DNA from: the human T2T-CHM13v2.0 reference genome, Homo sapiens
DNA: 64,000 nt
NCBI RefSeq assembly: GCF_009914755.1
Contig: NC_060925.1
Strand: one strand, 5' to 3'
Shown here: positions 62,276 through 64,000 of the stretch, one piece after another
Layout: every line of letters begins with the position of its first letter
How positions within the stretch are numbered: the first letter of the stretch is position 1
The notes under the pieces: model-generated
Told to the model about the DNA's origin: nothing
What the model saw: only the letters and a program-made list of their open reading frames with translations
The model's database searches: none
Position numbers and translations under genes: made by a program

Positions 62276-62718
62276 TGTTCCGCCTATCTATTGTTGCATA
62301 ATAAACCTTCCCAAAACTAATAGCTAAAAACAAACAAAAAAATTGTTCACAAATCTGCAATTTGGGTAGGGCACAACAGGAACTTCCAGTCTCTGTTCTA
62401 CGCAGTGTCAGCTCTGGGGTGGCCTGCCTGGGGCATAAGGATGCACTTTCAAGATGATTCATTCATATGCCAGAGTTAGCTGAGCTGGGGGCCTCAGTTT
62501 TTCCTTACAGGGGTTTCTCTGCGACTGGCTTCCTCATGGCATTGTGGCTGGGATCCAAGAACAGGTATCCCAGCAGATAGGAAGTTGAAGCACCACTTCT
62601 ACATTATCATATCATGTAGGTAGTTACAGAACCCAATTCAGTGGAAGGGAATGTAAACTCAACCACCTAATGAGATGAAAGCCAAATAATTTTAGGGTCA
62701 TTTTTTACAGTCACCACA
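62276..62718 (-). mobile_element. MLT1 (MLT1H-like) LTR
   Basis: ctattgttgcataataaaccttcccaaaact...cacaaatctgcaatttggg...cactttcaagatg...caccaca. Confidence 0.7.
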
Positions 62719-62892
62719 CAAAATTACCTTTTAGCTATGTTTTACTGCCCTGGGATTTATAATTCTGCAATTTGCTTTATTGCAGAAGTTTTCAAAAGTC
62801 ATGTGAGAGGAATTCACCTAATATTAAACTCAAACAATGATATAATCATCATTATCTAATAATACTAATATTAAAATTCTGATTGTGTATGA

Positions 62893-63240
<348 letters not shown>

Positions 63241-63583
63241 TCTTTTTTTTCAGAATTTAACATTTATATGGCACTTACTTTATACCAGGCACTGTTCTTG
63301 GTACATTAAGGATATAACCTAATTTAATTTTTTAACAATCTCATAAATTACATGCTATTATTATTTCCACTCTATAAATTGGAAAACCTAGCATGAAGAG
63401 ATTAAACACTTGCACAGTCACATAGCCTTTGAGGATGGAGTCAGGATTTGAACCTGTAGTCTGACCCTAGAGCCTGCACTTTTAACCACTGTGTTATGCT
63501 ATCACTTTCTTATTACATCCAGTGATACTGTAAAGTAAGCACTATTGTAATCTCATTTGACAGAAGAAAAAGCTGAGGTTTAG

Positions 63584-64000
<417 letters not shown>

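Overview
Primate (hominoid, probably human) intergenic or intronic DNA. No host protein-coding exon, tRNA, rRNA or CRISPR can be supported; the recognisable ORFs are LINE-1, Alu or LTR remnants. Most of the window is transposon-derived: ancient MIR, L2, L3 and L1M fragments; DNA transposons (MER1B, MER53, MER96-like, Tigger4, MER5); solo LTRs (MER57, MLT1, LTR12, MER41A, MSTB); seven Alus plus one monomer; and several L1PA/L1PB copies. Notable structures: (1) a 92-bp copy of 10017-10108 inserted inside a MER1B at 8155-8246, part of a four-layer nest (MLT1 > MER1B > LTR12 plus templated insert); (2) a 15.5-kb nested L1 (42124-57637), in which an apparently full-length L1MA with an intact 13-bp TSD hosts a full-length L1PA6 and a 5'-inverted L1PA3; (3) the inversion breakpoint of that L1PA3 lies about 60-75 nt from the position homologous to its own insertion site, suggesting homology-guided twin priming; (4) a few unique islands, two of them retaining CpG, with RFX/HOX-PBX/SIX-type motifs that look like enhancers. 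Repeat names come from recalled consensus sequences, not a database search, and boundaries of ancient repeats are approximate. I found no evidence for a new gene system.
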